Of a DNA stretch of 16,441 nt, positions 1-8,878 are shown piece after piece. A model generated the notes under the pieces. That model was not told the DNA's origin and ran no database searches. It saw only the letters and a program-made list of their open reading frames with translations. A program made the translations under genes and the position numbers. The DNA is from an uncultured Thermoplasmata archaeon (lineage in GTDB: Archaea; Thermoplasmatota; Thermoplasmata; Halarchaeoplasmatales; Halarchaeoplasmataceae). Position 1 is the stretch's first letter; each line of letters begins with the position of its first letter. The stretch lies in NCBI GenBank assembly GCA_964399335.1, contig CAYNQI010000023.1, positions 1-16,441 on the forward strand. The letters run 5' to 3'.

Positions 1-23
1 GAAAATTCCCTCGTCCCACTGGG

Positions 24-353
24 CCACTAATCATAGATTAGTGGTAAGTTAGAATGCGTCAGCATTCTGATGGGTCTATAAAAAATAACTGATTTTATAT
101 AGGCAGTTAGAAAGCGCAAGCTTTCTGATGGGTCCACTATAAAATCTCTGATTTTTAGTGGTAAGTTAGAATGCGTCAGCATTCTGATGGGTCTATAAAA
201 AATAACTGATTTTATATAGGCAGTTAGAAAGCGCAAGCTTTCTGATGGGTCCACTATAAAATCTCTGATTTTTAGTGGTAAGTTAGAATGCGTCAGCATT
301 CTGATGGGTCCATTTATTTACAATGAATGGCAAGTTAGGATGTGTCAGCATTC
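24..353 (+). repeat. Tandem array of alternating hairpins: conserved 30-nt unit AGTTAGAAWGCGYMAGCWTTCTGATGGGTC separated by 22-29 nt variable AT-rich hairpins; candidate structured ncRNA or REP/BIME-like element
   Basis: Conserved unit at 47-76, 105-134, 164-193, 222-251 and 281-310, with a degenerate partial copy at 333-353. Spacing is 58/59/58/59/52 nt. Positions 38-310 form an exact direct repeat of period 117. Inner stems are AGAATGC-gtca-GCATTCT and AGAAAGC-gcaa-GCTTTCT. Confidence 0.95.
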
Positions 354-1914
354 AAACATGTTTTTTTCGGTATACTGCAATCGAGATTATCATAGAAACC
401 AATATAATTACCGGAGTAAATCCTGGAGTACTTGCTTCCACTTCAAAATTGGCTGTCAGTCCCTTATTCTCCTCGATAGTGATCGTGATCTCCTGCTCAC
501 CTTCGTCAATATTTTCGGATAAATCACCAGACCAGTGACTAAATTCCCATGCATGATCAGGTATAGCTTCTATTTGGATCTCGGTCCCATTTGGTATAAA
601 TTCCAACCTAGAATCCATAACTTCATCCCCCTCGATCTCTACAGTTCCTTTACCTTCAAAATAAAATCTTAAAAAAACCATCTCTAATTCTGTCCATATA
701 AGATACGGATATCCATCGTTTATTTCTTTATCCTCGTCTATATCCCAAATATCTCGGTTCCCTCGACTATCATTCGGATTCTCAACAAAATCCCATGCAT
801 CACCTAAACCTTGAATCGACTCGTCCGAAAAGGTAACGACATCCTTCATCTCTTCAGTTGTTTTTCCGGTCCCACCATCACTTTCTTCTCTCCCTGTCCT
901 CTGCATATCCCAGAATGAATCCAGTACGATGCCATCCTTTTCAGTTATTCCGACTAAACCTCCCACTATATCATCTCCCATCAAATATCCTGTCCCATAA
1001 CAATTTTTTATGGTGCCCGTGTTCCATGCAGCAAAAGAACCACTTCTAGAAGTTCCTTCCACTACTCCTCTTGCAAAGGAATTGATGACAGTACCCCGAT
1101 TGTGTGCTATAAGACCTCCTGAATTACGAAAAGTACATTTTATATGCCCAGTAGAAAAAGAATTTTCGATTATATTATGATTGACTCCAACCAAACCCCC
1201 AACATTTTGAGAACCTTCAACAGTTCCTGTGGTATAGGAGTGAGAAATAACTCCAACATTCCAACCTGCGAGACCTCCTACTTGAAACCCACCTTTAACG
1301 GATGCCGTCGAGTATGATTCCAATATTTCACCTTCTCTAGAGTCGGCTTGCCCTACTAGACCACCTACAAAAGTATCACCGATCACTTCGCCGGTAGTGT
1401 AAGTGTTGTAAAGATCACCATAGTTCCTTCCTACTATTGGCCCCGTATAATATCGGCCTCCATTGATACTCACATCTACAAGTCCTAAATTCCTTACGGT
1501 TCCGAATTTGCCCATTGTTGCAAATAAACCTACGCCCCCGTCATAATATCCAGTATTTGGACGGTTTATGTGAAGACCTCTGATTTCATGACCTCCACCG
1601 TCAAGAACTCCATCAAATCTATCATAAAAATCACCTATCGGTTCAAATCCTTTACCCCCATTCCAATCTTGGGTTTCGTTAGCATAGATATCATTAGTTA
1701 ACAAATAATATGCATCTGAATCCTCTCTAATGTTGTGCAAATCATCTATATTTTCTATGAGATAAGGGTCATCTTCGGTACCGATACCACTTTTAAAAGG
1801 CACTTCTTCTTTTTCGATCTGGTCTCTTTCTTCTAAAGAATTTACAGATATACTTGACATAGTCGTAAATAATAACATCACTATTACAATGACCATACAT
1901 TTTTTAGTACTCAT
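352..1914 (-). CDS. Secreted cell-surface protein: GLUG-motif repeats, InlB B-repeat-like domain and PGF-CTERM-type sorting signal
   Basis: N-terminal K-K plus hydrophobic signal peptide. GTEDDPYLI...YYLLTNDI start typical of GLUG-repeat proteins. Repeated VGGLVG/VGGLAG motifs. GKGTV...EAIPDHAWEFSHWSGD B-repeat-like module. C-terminal TPGF + hydrophobic helix + RKKH, the archaeosortase A substrate signature. Confidence 0.85.
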   Translation of the reverse strand: MSTKKCMVIVIVMLLFTTMSSISVNSLEERDQIEKEEVPFKSGIGTEDDPYLIENIDDLHNIREDSDAYYLLTNDIYANETQDWNGGKGFEPIGDFYDRFDGVLDGGGHEIRGLHINRPNTGYYDGGVGLFATMGKFGTVRNLGLVDVSINGGRYYTGPIVGRNYGDLYNTYTTGEVIGDTFVGGLVGQADSREGEILESYSTASVKGGFQVGGLAGWNVGVISHSYTTGTVEGSQNVGGLVGVNHNIIENSFSTGHIKCTFRNSGGLIAHNRGTVINSFARGVVEGTSRSGSFAAWNTGTIKNCYGTGYLMGDDIVGGLVGITEKDGIVLDSFWDMQRTGREESDGGTGKTTEEMKDVVTFSDESIQGLGDAWDFVENPNDSRGNRDIWDIDEDKEINDGYPYLIWTELEMVFLRFYFEGKGTVEIEGDEVMDSRLEFIPNGTEIQIEAIPDHAWEFSHWSGDLSENIDEGEQEITITIEENKGLTANFEVEASTPGFTPVIILVSMIISIAVYRKKHV

Positions 1915-2096
1915 ATCTCTTTAATCGCCCCCTTAATTAAAGCAATGATTTTTCATAGATAAAGATATGAATACATCATATTTAAGAATTTTAGGTTTAT
2001 TGAGTTGGTACTAACATATAATGGAATTTTGATTTAGAATGTTTTTTAGAAAATAATAAATATCGTTTATCACCTTATATATGGGTAGGGATAGAT

Positions 2097-2381
2097 ATGC
2101 CAAAATATGTGATATTATCAAAACTAACAGATGAGGGTAGAAAAACTATTAAAAACAATCCGAAAAGGATAAAGGAAGTGAACGAAGAAATGGAAAAGAT
2201 GGGAGTCAAAGTCGAAAAGCAGTATGCACTTCTTGGGGACTATGATTTCGTAACGATCTTTGATGCTCCTGATAAAAAAGTGATGACCAAAGTAGCAGTT
2301 GAGATGGGGTCTAGAGGTACTATCGATACTGTTACAATGGCTGCTATGTCAGTAGATGAATTTATAGAAGCCATGAAGTGA
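2097..2381 (+). CDS. GYD domain-containing protein
   Basis: 94 aa, MPKYVILSKLTDEG start and LLGDYDFVTIFDAPD motif characteristic of the GYD family. Confidence 0.85.
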   Translation: MPKYVILSKLTDEGRKTIKNNPKRIKEVNEEMEKMGVKVEKQYALLGDYDFVTIFDAPDKKVMTKVAVEMGSRGTIDTVTMAAMSVDEFIEAMK

Positions 2382-2512
2382 ACCTTCTTTCACTTTCCGT
2401 TTTATTTATTTTAGAATTTGTTTTTTCAAATAGTGTAAGTTTCCGAATAACAAAAATTTTAAATACCTTCTAACATAGGGATGCATATTAAAAACAATTG
2501 ATGGTTTTTCAA

Positions 2513-3517
2513 ATGTCTATTGAAAAAGGATGTCGTGCCGCGGTTGAGACATGTATGGGTGTTAGGAAAGATGAAAAAGTAGTCATCGTTTCAGATGACA
2601 GAACAAAGAACATAGGTATGGGACTCAGGGATATAGCTCTGGAAATAACACCGCAGGTAAGATACTTCAACCTCAATATTTATGGTAAAAGACCTCTTAA
2701 AAAGCTTCCTAGAGGAGTACAAAAATCCGCACACGATGCTGACGTTACCTTCTGGACACCTCATTCATTAGACGGGGAATTAGAAACCCTCAGGATGCCT
2801 TTTCTAAAAGCTGCATTGAACATGGGACGTCATGCACATATGGTCAATATCAATGAAGAGATAATATGTAACAGCATGGCCGCAGACTATGAAAAAATAT
2901 CAGAATTCACTGAAAAACTTTATGAAAAAATCAAGAAAACAGATAAGGTTAGGGTTACCAATGAACTTGGTACAGATATAACTGCAACTTTTGAGAAATA
3001 TAAATGGGTTCAATCTACGGGTATTTGCCATACAAAGGGTCAATGGGTTAACCTTCCATCAGGTGAGATGTTCAAGCCACCAACAACCATGGAAGGTAAG
3101 ATCGTTATCGATGGCTCAGTGGGAGATTATCTTGGAGAAGAATACAGACATTCAGATTTAGTAGAAACTCCAGTAACTATGGAGATCACGACAAAAGAAA
3201 GACCTCAGGCCACATCTGTATCTTGTGAGAATAAAGATCTAGAAAGAGAGATTAAAGAATACATCAGCCGACACGAATGTTCAAAATATGTTGGAGAAGT
3301 TGGTTTTGGAACTAACATATTTTTAGATACTATCGTTGACAATATGCTTCAAGATGAAAAATATCCCGGAATACATGTGGCCTTTGGAGATCCTATCGCA
3401 GACGACACCTTTGCAGATTGGAGTTGCCCAGAACACATAGATATGATCCTAACCAATTGTAATATATGGTTCGACGATGAAAAGATCATGGAAGATGGCA
3501 GTTATCTAATAGGGTAA
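2513..3517 (+). CDS. M29 family (thermophilic metalloprotease, AmpS/AmpT-like) aminopeptidase
   Basis: Metal-ligand motifs NLPSGEMF, GEVGFGTN, DEKYPGIHVAFGD and HID are present. Start uncertain (TTG 2498, ATG 2501 or ATG 2513). ATG 2513 chosen because MSIEKGCRAAVETCMGV resembles the usual family N-terminus. Confidence 0.88.
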   Translation: MSIEKGCRAAVETCMGVRKDEKVVIVSDDRTKNIGMGLRDIALEITPQVRYFNLNIYGKRPLKKLPRGVQKSAHDADVTFWTPHSLDGELETLRMPFLKAALNMGRHAHMVNINEEIICNSMAADYEKISEFTEKLYEKIKKTDKVRVTNELGTDITATFEKYKWVQSTGICHTKGQWVNLPSGEMFKPPTTMEGKIVIDGSVGDYLGEEYRHSDLVETPVTMEITTKERPQATSVSCENKDLEREIKEYISRHECSKYVGEVGFGTNIFLDTIVDNMLQDEKYPGIHVAFGDPIADDTFADWSCPEHIDMILTNCNIWFDDEKIMEDGSYLIG

Positions 3518-3585
3518 TCGAACAAAAATACCTAAATCTTTTGATAATAACTTATTTCAATTTTTTATTTCGTCTTTATTATGAC

Positions 3586-3599
3586 GAAAACTTTTATAT
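3586..3599 (+). promoter_or_regulatory. Archaeal BRE/TATA promoter of the 3659 gene
   Basis: GAAAAC followed by TTTTATAT (3592-3599), about 60 nt upstream of the ATG. SD-like AAGTGA lies just before the start. Confidence 0.5.
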
Positions 3600-3658
3600 C
3601 TCCACTATCATTACCCGTTAGATATAAGGAGTCTTAAAAATAAATATAAAGTGATATC

Positions 3659-4285
3659 ATGGCTTCAAAGAAAAAATCCGATAAAAAGTCTAGTGATTGG
3701 TTTGACGAGCTGGATGCTGAATTGGAAGAGAAAACCGAAGAGACCTTCAGGAGTTTGGGGGAGAGAGATTCAAGAATGGCTGAATTGAACAGACAGTTCA
3801 TCAAGGACTTCTGGCGAATATGGATAAGGTTCGAAAAGCTGAACGTTCATTTTAGCATGAAACCAGACTACAGCTCTTTCGCCCATTTCAAAGAATTCCC
3901 TGAAGAATGGGAATTCAGAGATGATTTCGATTTTTCTGGGATCAGAACCATAAAGCTGATGGATAAAACCCAAGATGAAGGTAGAACCGGGGATACCATA
4001 ATGCTCGACTATTACACTGAAGATGACGACCTCTTTTTAGGAATGTTTTTTGAATTCTGTGAAGGGGAAACATATTACAAATACAGTGGATGGAAACGTA
4101 TATTTGCTAGATATGGGATCGCAAATTACAAATTCCCCATAGATGACAAAAAAGTCGAAAAGATCCATGAAAAACTAAAAGATATTATAAAAACATGGTA
4201 TGAATCTCATCTCAAGCGGGATCGAGATATAATTATCGACTATGTCAAAGACAATTTTGAGAAGATCGAGGAATACCCTGAATAA
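3659..4285 (+). CDS. Hypothetical protein (acidic, aromatic-rich, soluble)
   Basis: 208-aa ORF with its own promoter-like and terminator-like flanks. No family recognised. Confidence 0.8.
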   Translation: MASKKKSDKKSSDWFDELDAELEEKTEETFRSLGERDSRMAELNRQFIKDFWRIWIRFEKLNVHFSMKPDYSSFAHFKEFPEEWEFRDDFDFSGIRTIKLMDKTQDEGRTGDTIMLDYYTEDDDLFLGMFFEFCEGETYYKYSGWKRIFARYGIANYKFPIDDKKVEKIHEKLKDIIKTWYESHLKRDRDIIIDYVKDNFEKIEEYPE

Positions 4286-4398
4286 CAAGGTCAAAAAACC
4301 ACTTTCACTTTTTTCACTTATCCCTGCTAGAAATAGTTAAATAATCTTTCACTATAGGGTAGGGTAGTCCTAATCGGGACTGACAAAACGCAAAAAAC

Positions 4399-5718
4399 GT
4401 GAGTAAAATGAACGAAAAAGATGAACTCGCGCCCCATATTGAAGATATAACCCGGGCGCTAAACGAAAAGGTAAGTAAAGAACAAATCGAAGAGGAACTT
4501 CACAACTATATAGATGTTTATGGAGTCCCTCTGGGAACCGCAAAAAGAGCAATAGTAAAAAAGCACGAGGGAGATCCTCAGAAGCTATTCAACAGCACTG
4601 AGAAGAAGATCGAAGGTATAACAGGTGACGAAAGATCACTAAATCTTAAAGCTAGGATCGTTTCTATCAATGATAAAGAAATAGAGGTAGAAAACGAAGC
4701 TAAGACTATACAATACGGAATTCTTGGTGATGAAACGGGGACCGTTCCATTCACTGCTTGGGAAAAATTACCAATAGATATAGAGAAAGGAGATACAGTA
4801 GGTTTACAGAACGCATATGCAAATACATGGAACGACGAACCTCAAGTTAACATAGGAACAAAAAGTACAGTTAAACATCTAGATGAAGATGATGTTCCTA
4901 AGTTTGAGAGTGAAGTCCAGCCATGTGAGCTTAAAGACATAAGAGAAGGTATGAGAAATCTCAGTATAACCGGAAGATTGTTATCAGTTGAGAAAAAAAC
5001 GGTCAATACAAAAAATGGCGAGAAGGATCTATACTCGGGAGTAATAGCTGATGAAACAGGTAAAGCACAATTCAGTGCATGGCACGATTTTGGTTTGGAT
5101 ACTGATGACGTTATCCGAGTGGAAGGCGGATATGTCCGCTCTTGGAGAGGTGTCCCTCAATTGAGTTTCGACGATAAAGCTGATGTTGAATTTTTAGATG
5201 ATGACGTGGTACCTAAAGCTGAGGATCTTAAAGAGATCAACATCCTTTCTATATCTGAGTTAGCAAAGCGTGGAGGAGCAGTTGATGCTGTTATCGATGC
5301 TGTCATGATCGATATCAAAAGCGGCAGTGGATTGATCTTCAGGTGCCCAGAGTGCAGTAGAGTCATCCAAAAGGGTGCTTGTAGGGTACATGGTAAAGTT
5401 GACGGTGAGCCGGATTTAAGAATTAAAGGCATATTAGATGATGGAACTGGAGCATTGACTGTCATAGCCAACAGAGAACTAACGGAAGAAGTACTAGGAT
5501 ATGACATGGAAAAGGCTATGGACATCGCTAGAGACAATATGAATCAAGATGTCATCAAGGATGAGATCGAAGAAAAGTTAATTGCCCAACCTATGAAGAC
5601 TACAGGAAACGTCACCAGCGATGATTACGGTTTGATGTTGATAGCAAATGACCTAAGTACAAAAACCGTTGATGTCGAGGAAGAAGCTAGAAAACTACTT
5701 GACGAGGTGAGAGTGTGA
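4399..5718 (+). CDS. rpa: Replication protein A (RPA), multi-OB-fold ssDNA-binding protein with zinc finger
   Basis: Repeated OB-fold motifs GILGDETGTVPFTAW, GVIADETGKAQFSAW and GILDDGTGAL. CPEC-x8-C-xx-H zinc finger. GTG start. Confidence 0.92.
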   Translation: MSKMNEKDELAPHIEDITRALNEKVSKEQIEEELHNYIDVYGVPLGTAKRAIVKKHEGDPQKLFNSTEKKIEGITGDERSLNLKARIVSINDKEIEVENEAKTIQYGILGDETGTVPFTAWEKLPIDIEKGDTVGLQNAYANTWNDEPQVNIGTKSTVKHLDEDDVPKFESEVQPCELKDIREGMRNLSITGRLLSVEKKTVNTKNGEKDLYSGVIADETGKAQFSAWHDFGLDTDDVIRVEGGYVRSWRGVPQLSFDDKADVEFLDDDVVPKAEDLKEINILSISELAKRGGAVDAVIDAVMIDIKSGSGLIFRCPECSRVIQKGACRVHGKVDGEPDLRIKGILDDGTGALTVIANRELTEEVLGYDMEKAMDIARDNMNQDVIKDEIEEKLIAQPMKTTGNVTSDDYGLMLIANDLSTKTVDVEEEARKLLDEVRV

Positions 5719-5758
5719 GATATCTCACACCTTTTTCCTTTTATATGGAGGTAATAAA

Positions 5759-6637
5759 ATGAGTATGATAAATAGAGAAGTTGCTTGGAGGATGTTCGCA
5801 GAAGAATTTAATAGATCTACTCTTGAAACTGGAGGGACGGAGGAAAGGTCTCCTAGCTATGTAGTTACGCCATTAGGAGCTAAAGTAAATAGAGTATATA
5901 TAGTAGGAGTATTGACTGAAACAGAAAATATAGGCACCCCTGCTGAACCAATGTGGCGAGCTAGGGTTACTGATCCCACAGGTACCTATTTCGTTTCTGC
6001 GGGACAGTATCAACCCAGGGTTGCTACCGCATTAGCCAATTTGGAACCCCCTACTTTTGTTGCAGTCGTAGGTAAAGCCAATACATATAGACCTGATGAA
6101 GAAACCATACTTGTGAACCTAAGAGGAGAACTCATCAAAGAGGTCTCAGAGGAACAGAGAGACTACTGGATATTAGAATCAGCTAAAAGCTTGAAACGTA
6201 GATTGGAAGCAGTTTCTGAGGCTGCTAATATGGAAGAAGTATCAATTGACGAAATGATAGATATAGGGTATGACGGAGATTTAGCAGATGGGATCAAAAA
6301 AGCTATGGACCATTACGGATCTCCTTCTTTTGAGAAATACTGGAGAATGATTGAGGACTCTCTACGATACATACTTCCAGAGTATGAAGGTACGGTTGAA
6401 GAGTCCGAAGATAAAGGAGAAGGTGACGAAGAGATAGAAGACGAGATCCTGAGAGTCATCGAAGAACTTGAAGATATGGCAGAACACGAGAACGGTGTTG
6501 AATACGAAAAAGTGATGAATAAAGTCATGGATAGTGAAAATATTGGACAAGATAAGTTCGAAGAAGCGGTTAACAGTCTACGAAGCAGCGGGAAAGTTTA
6601 CGAACCAGTTCTAGGGAATTTAAAAATAATAGCATAA
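5759..6637 (+). CDS. rpap: RPA-associated protein (COG3390-like; OB fold plus C-terminal winged helix)
   Basis: REVAWRMFAEEF, TPLGAKVNRVYIVGVLTE, RARVTDPTGTYFVSAGQYQP and C-terminal GKVYEP. Lies directly after rpa with a GGAGGT SD, the rpa-rpap arrangement known from euryarchaea. Confidence 0.85.
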   Translation: MSMINREVAWRMFAEEFNRSTLETGGTEERSPSYVVTPLGAKVNRVYIVGVLTETENIGTPAEPMWRARVTDPTGTYFVSAGQYQPRVATALANLEPPTFVAVVGKANTYRPDEETILVNLRGELIKEVSEEQRDYWILESAKSLKRRLEAVSEAANMEEVSIDEMIDIGYDGDLADGIKKAMDHYGSPSFEKYWRMIEDSLRYILPEYEGTVEESEDKGEGDEEIEDEILRVIEELEDMAEHENGVEYEKVMNKVMDSENIGQDKFEEAVNSLRSSGKVYEPVLGNLKIIA

Positions 6638-6638
6638 T

Positions 6639-7388
6639 TCATTCCCTACTGCCACCTTCCTGACGCCTGATAGCCTCCTTCAAATCTATTTCGCCCTCTA
6701 CTACTTTTTTTGCTAGCTTTTTAGAGATGGTTATCTTTCCCTCACTTTTTATTCTACTACGTCTTTGGATCTCTCTTTTCTCCCCTTCAGTTGCTTTGAT
6801 TTCATAATCACCTTCTATTGGTGTCCCAGATGTTATCGATATCTCTTTGGCAGAGGTAAGATCGGGGAGAAAACCTCCGTGAGTAGTATCCTCTTCGTTC
6901 ACTATCTCTATTCTTGCACATAGACCAGTGAGTTTGTTAATAGTTCTATTCCTATTGGTTTTATCACCATGGCCTATTCTAATGATCATCTCATGGAACT
7001 CATATGCATCCATATATTTATCTACTATTTCTCTAACATCTTCAGGGGATTTTGCATAAACTGTCTCTAATGTTTTACCATCACCGATCAGAGCTATACC
7101 AGGTTTTTCTCCTGGATCTATACCTACAATCATCTGTTGAAATGATTCTTTACCTGATATCACAGATAAAGCTTGTCTTATCCCTTTTCTAACATCATCA
7201 GATACAGGGATGACCTTATCGAAATCTATGCCTTCAGCTTCTTTTTCGGTGGTTATAATCGCACCTATATTTTCTGGGATAGGGTCTGTTGGAGAAATAC
7301 TTACAAATGGTATATCCCTTTGCTTCAACTCTTTAACTACATTGTAGTAGAACTCGAAATTATCCGTCGCTACAGCTATTATCTTCAC
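6639..7388 (-). CDS. Conserved hypothetical protein with RNase H-like (YqgF/Tex-like) domain
   Basis: IVGIDPGEKPGIALI, IRIGHG and IVNEEDTT resemble YqgFc-domain motifs (GxDxG, IGNG, VDERxTT). The function assignment is inference. Confidence 0.6.
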   Translation of the reverse strand: MKIIAVATDNFEFYYNVVKELKQRDIPFVSISPTDPIPENIGAIITTEKEAEGIDFDKVIPVSDDVRKGIRQALSVISGKESFQQMIVGIDPGEKPGIALIGDGKTLETVYAKSPEDVREIVDKYMDAYEFHEMIIRIGHGDKTNRNRTINKLTGLCARIEIVNEEDTTHGGFLPDLTSAKEISITSGTPIEGDYEIKATEGEKREIQRRSRIKSEGKITISKKLAKKVVEGEIDLKEAIRRQEGGSRE

Positions 7389-7456
7389 AGTTTAACATAG
7401 ACGTTAAACCAATATAGGTTTTTTTGAAAAAAATAAGAAAGAAGGAGTTTTATTGA

Positions 7457-8809
7457 TCAAACTGATGGTGCGTCCTTTATGAAACCCTCTCTCATCATAT
7501 TTTGGGTTTTATTTCTACTGGACATTATTATCTCTTCAGCCTTCTCTCTGAGTTCTTCCTCTGAAAGTTCGATTCTAGCTATACCCTGTTCAATAGCTTT
7601 TAAACCAACTCTAACGGCCTGTCTGATGTATACTTCTGTGTTGTCCATAGTAGGTACAAGATATTCTTCATCAATTCCTTGTTCCTCGGCAACCTCAGCA
7701 ATGGCATAAGCTGCTTCAATGTGCATCTCATCAGTTATAGTCTTAGCTCTCACATCTAAAGTGCCTCTAAAGATTCCAGGGAATCCTATTGAATTGTTCA
7801 CCTGATTTGGGAAATCCGATCTTCCGGTCCCAACTATTCTAACACCTGCGTCCTTTGCTTCCCACGGCCATATTTCAGGTATTGGATTAGCTTCCGCGAA
7901 AAGGATAGCGTCCTTATTCATCTCTTTTAACCATTCTTTCTTGATAGTATCTGGACCTGGTTTAGACGCTGCAACTACCACGTCTTTACCTGCTATAAGT
8001 TCGGGTAATCCCCCTTCCTGCTGCTCCTTATTGGTCTTCTGGGCAAATTTATATTTTTCAGGTGTTTTTTCTTTATCTAAATCCTCCCGGTAAGCGTGTA
8101 ATAATCCTGTTGAATCAGCAAGGTATAAATTCTCTTCTTTAACACCAGCTTTTAATAGGGTTCTAGCTAAACAGAGATTTGCAGCACCTGCTCCAACCAA
8201 ACCTATCTTTGCATTTTCCAGCTCTTTATCAACTACTTTTAGCCCATTTATGATGGCGGCTAGTGTTATTGCTGCAGTTCCCTGCTGATCATCGTGCCAT
8301 ACAGGTATATCTAGGTCTTCTCTTAATGTATCTAGGACCTCGAAGCATTTTGGTTTAGAAATGTCTTCTAGATTGATCCCTCCGAATGAAGGTGCTATCC
8401 ATTTAACCGCTTGAATTATCTCTTCAGGCTCATGAGCATTCAAACATATTGGGAAAGCATCTACACCACCTAAATATTTGAATAATAGACCTTTACCTTC
8501 CATTACTGGCATACCTGCTTCGGGTCCAATATCTCCAAGTCCTAAAACTCGGCTACCATCGCTGACAACTGCTACATTATTCCACTTGTTCGTATGTTCG
8601 TAAACCATCTCTGGATTTTTGTGTATATCCTCACATGGTTTTGCAACACCTGGTGTGTACCATACACTGAAATCGTCGAAACTCTTTACCTGTACTTTAG
8701 GGGATACTTCGATCTTTCCTTTGTAAAATGGGTGCCATTTCATGGCTTTCTTTGCCGGTTCTTTTGCCTTTTTTAAAAGTTCTTCCTTGGTGACTTTTTT
8801 TTCTTCCAT
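7457..8809 (-). CDS. mae: NAD(P)-dependent malic enzyme (oxaloacetate-decarboxylating malate dehydrogenase), no PTA fusion
   Basis: [49 protein letters not shown] and [11 protein letters not shown] motifs. Confidence 0.95.
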   Translation of the reverse strand: MEEKKVTKEELLKKAKEPAKKAMKWHPFYKGKIEVSPKVQVKSFDDFSVWYTPGVAKPCEDIHKNPEMVYEHTNKWNNVAVVSDGSRVLGLGDIGPEAGMPVMEGKGLLFKYLGGVDAFPICLNAHEPEEIIQAVKWIAPSFGGINLEDISKPKCFEVLDTLREDLDIPVWHDDQQGTAAITLAAIINGLKVVDKELENAKIGLVGAGAANLCLARTLLKAGVKEENLYLADSTGLLHAYREDLDKEKTPEKYKFAQKTNKEQQEGGLPELIAGKDVVVAASKPGPDTIKKEWLKEMNKDAILFAEANPIPEIWPWEAKDAGVRIVGTGRSDFPNQVNNSIGFPGIFRGTLDVRAKTITDEMHIEAAYAIAEVAEEQGIDEEYLVPTMDNTEVYIRQAVRVGLKAIEQGIARIELSEEELREKAEEIIMSSRNKTQNMMREGFIKDAPSV

Positions 8810-8878
8810 ATTAATAACTCCCTAGTTATCAGGGGATAAAAAAAAGGCTATAAATAGATATGGGAAATGAAATGGTTT

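Noticed and set aside
47-80. Fluoride (crcB) or glnA riboswitch resemblance (hairpin followed by UGAUG; UGG-AAGUxAG junction)
   Set aside because: No 5' pseudoknot partner or enclosing P1 is present in the repeated units, and there is no downstream gene in the sense orientation.
62-116. Hammerhead ribozyme (CUGAUG next to two stems, UUA before a stem)
   Set aside because: The core would need CUGANGA and GAAA. The sequence has CUGAUGG and UAAG/CAG/CAAG, so invariant A9 and G12-A13-A14 are missing and stem III cannot form. An in vitro cleavage assay would settle it.
27-299. 90-aa minus-strand ORF with 39-aa repeats
   Set aside because: A by-product of the 117-nt period. It has no SD, there is an in-frame stop just upstream, and the variation pattern fits base pairing rather than codons.
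47-353. CRISPR array (30-nt palindromic repeat with 22-29 nt spacers)
   Set aside because: Spacers are self-complementary, related to each other and duplicated. The repeats alternate between two covarying variants. No cas genes or leader are visible in the window.
24-353. TIGR-like or box C/D guide array (CUGA and CCA...UG motifs)
   Set aside because: No alternating pair of short independent ~9-nt spacers; the variable segments base-pair internally. No Nop-domain gene is visible in the window.
304-1049. Short plus-strand ORFs 304-522, 323-538 and 858-1049
   Set aside because: Antisense to the GLUG surface-protein gene, with no recognisable motifs.
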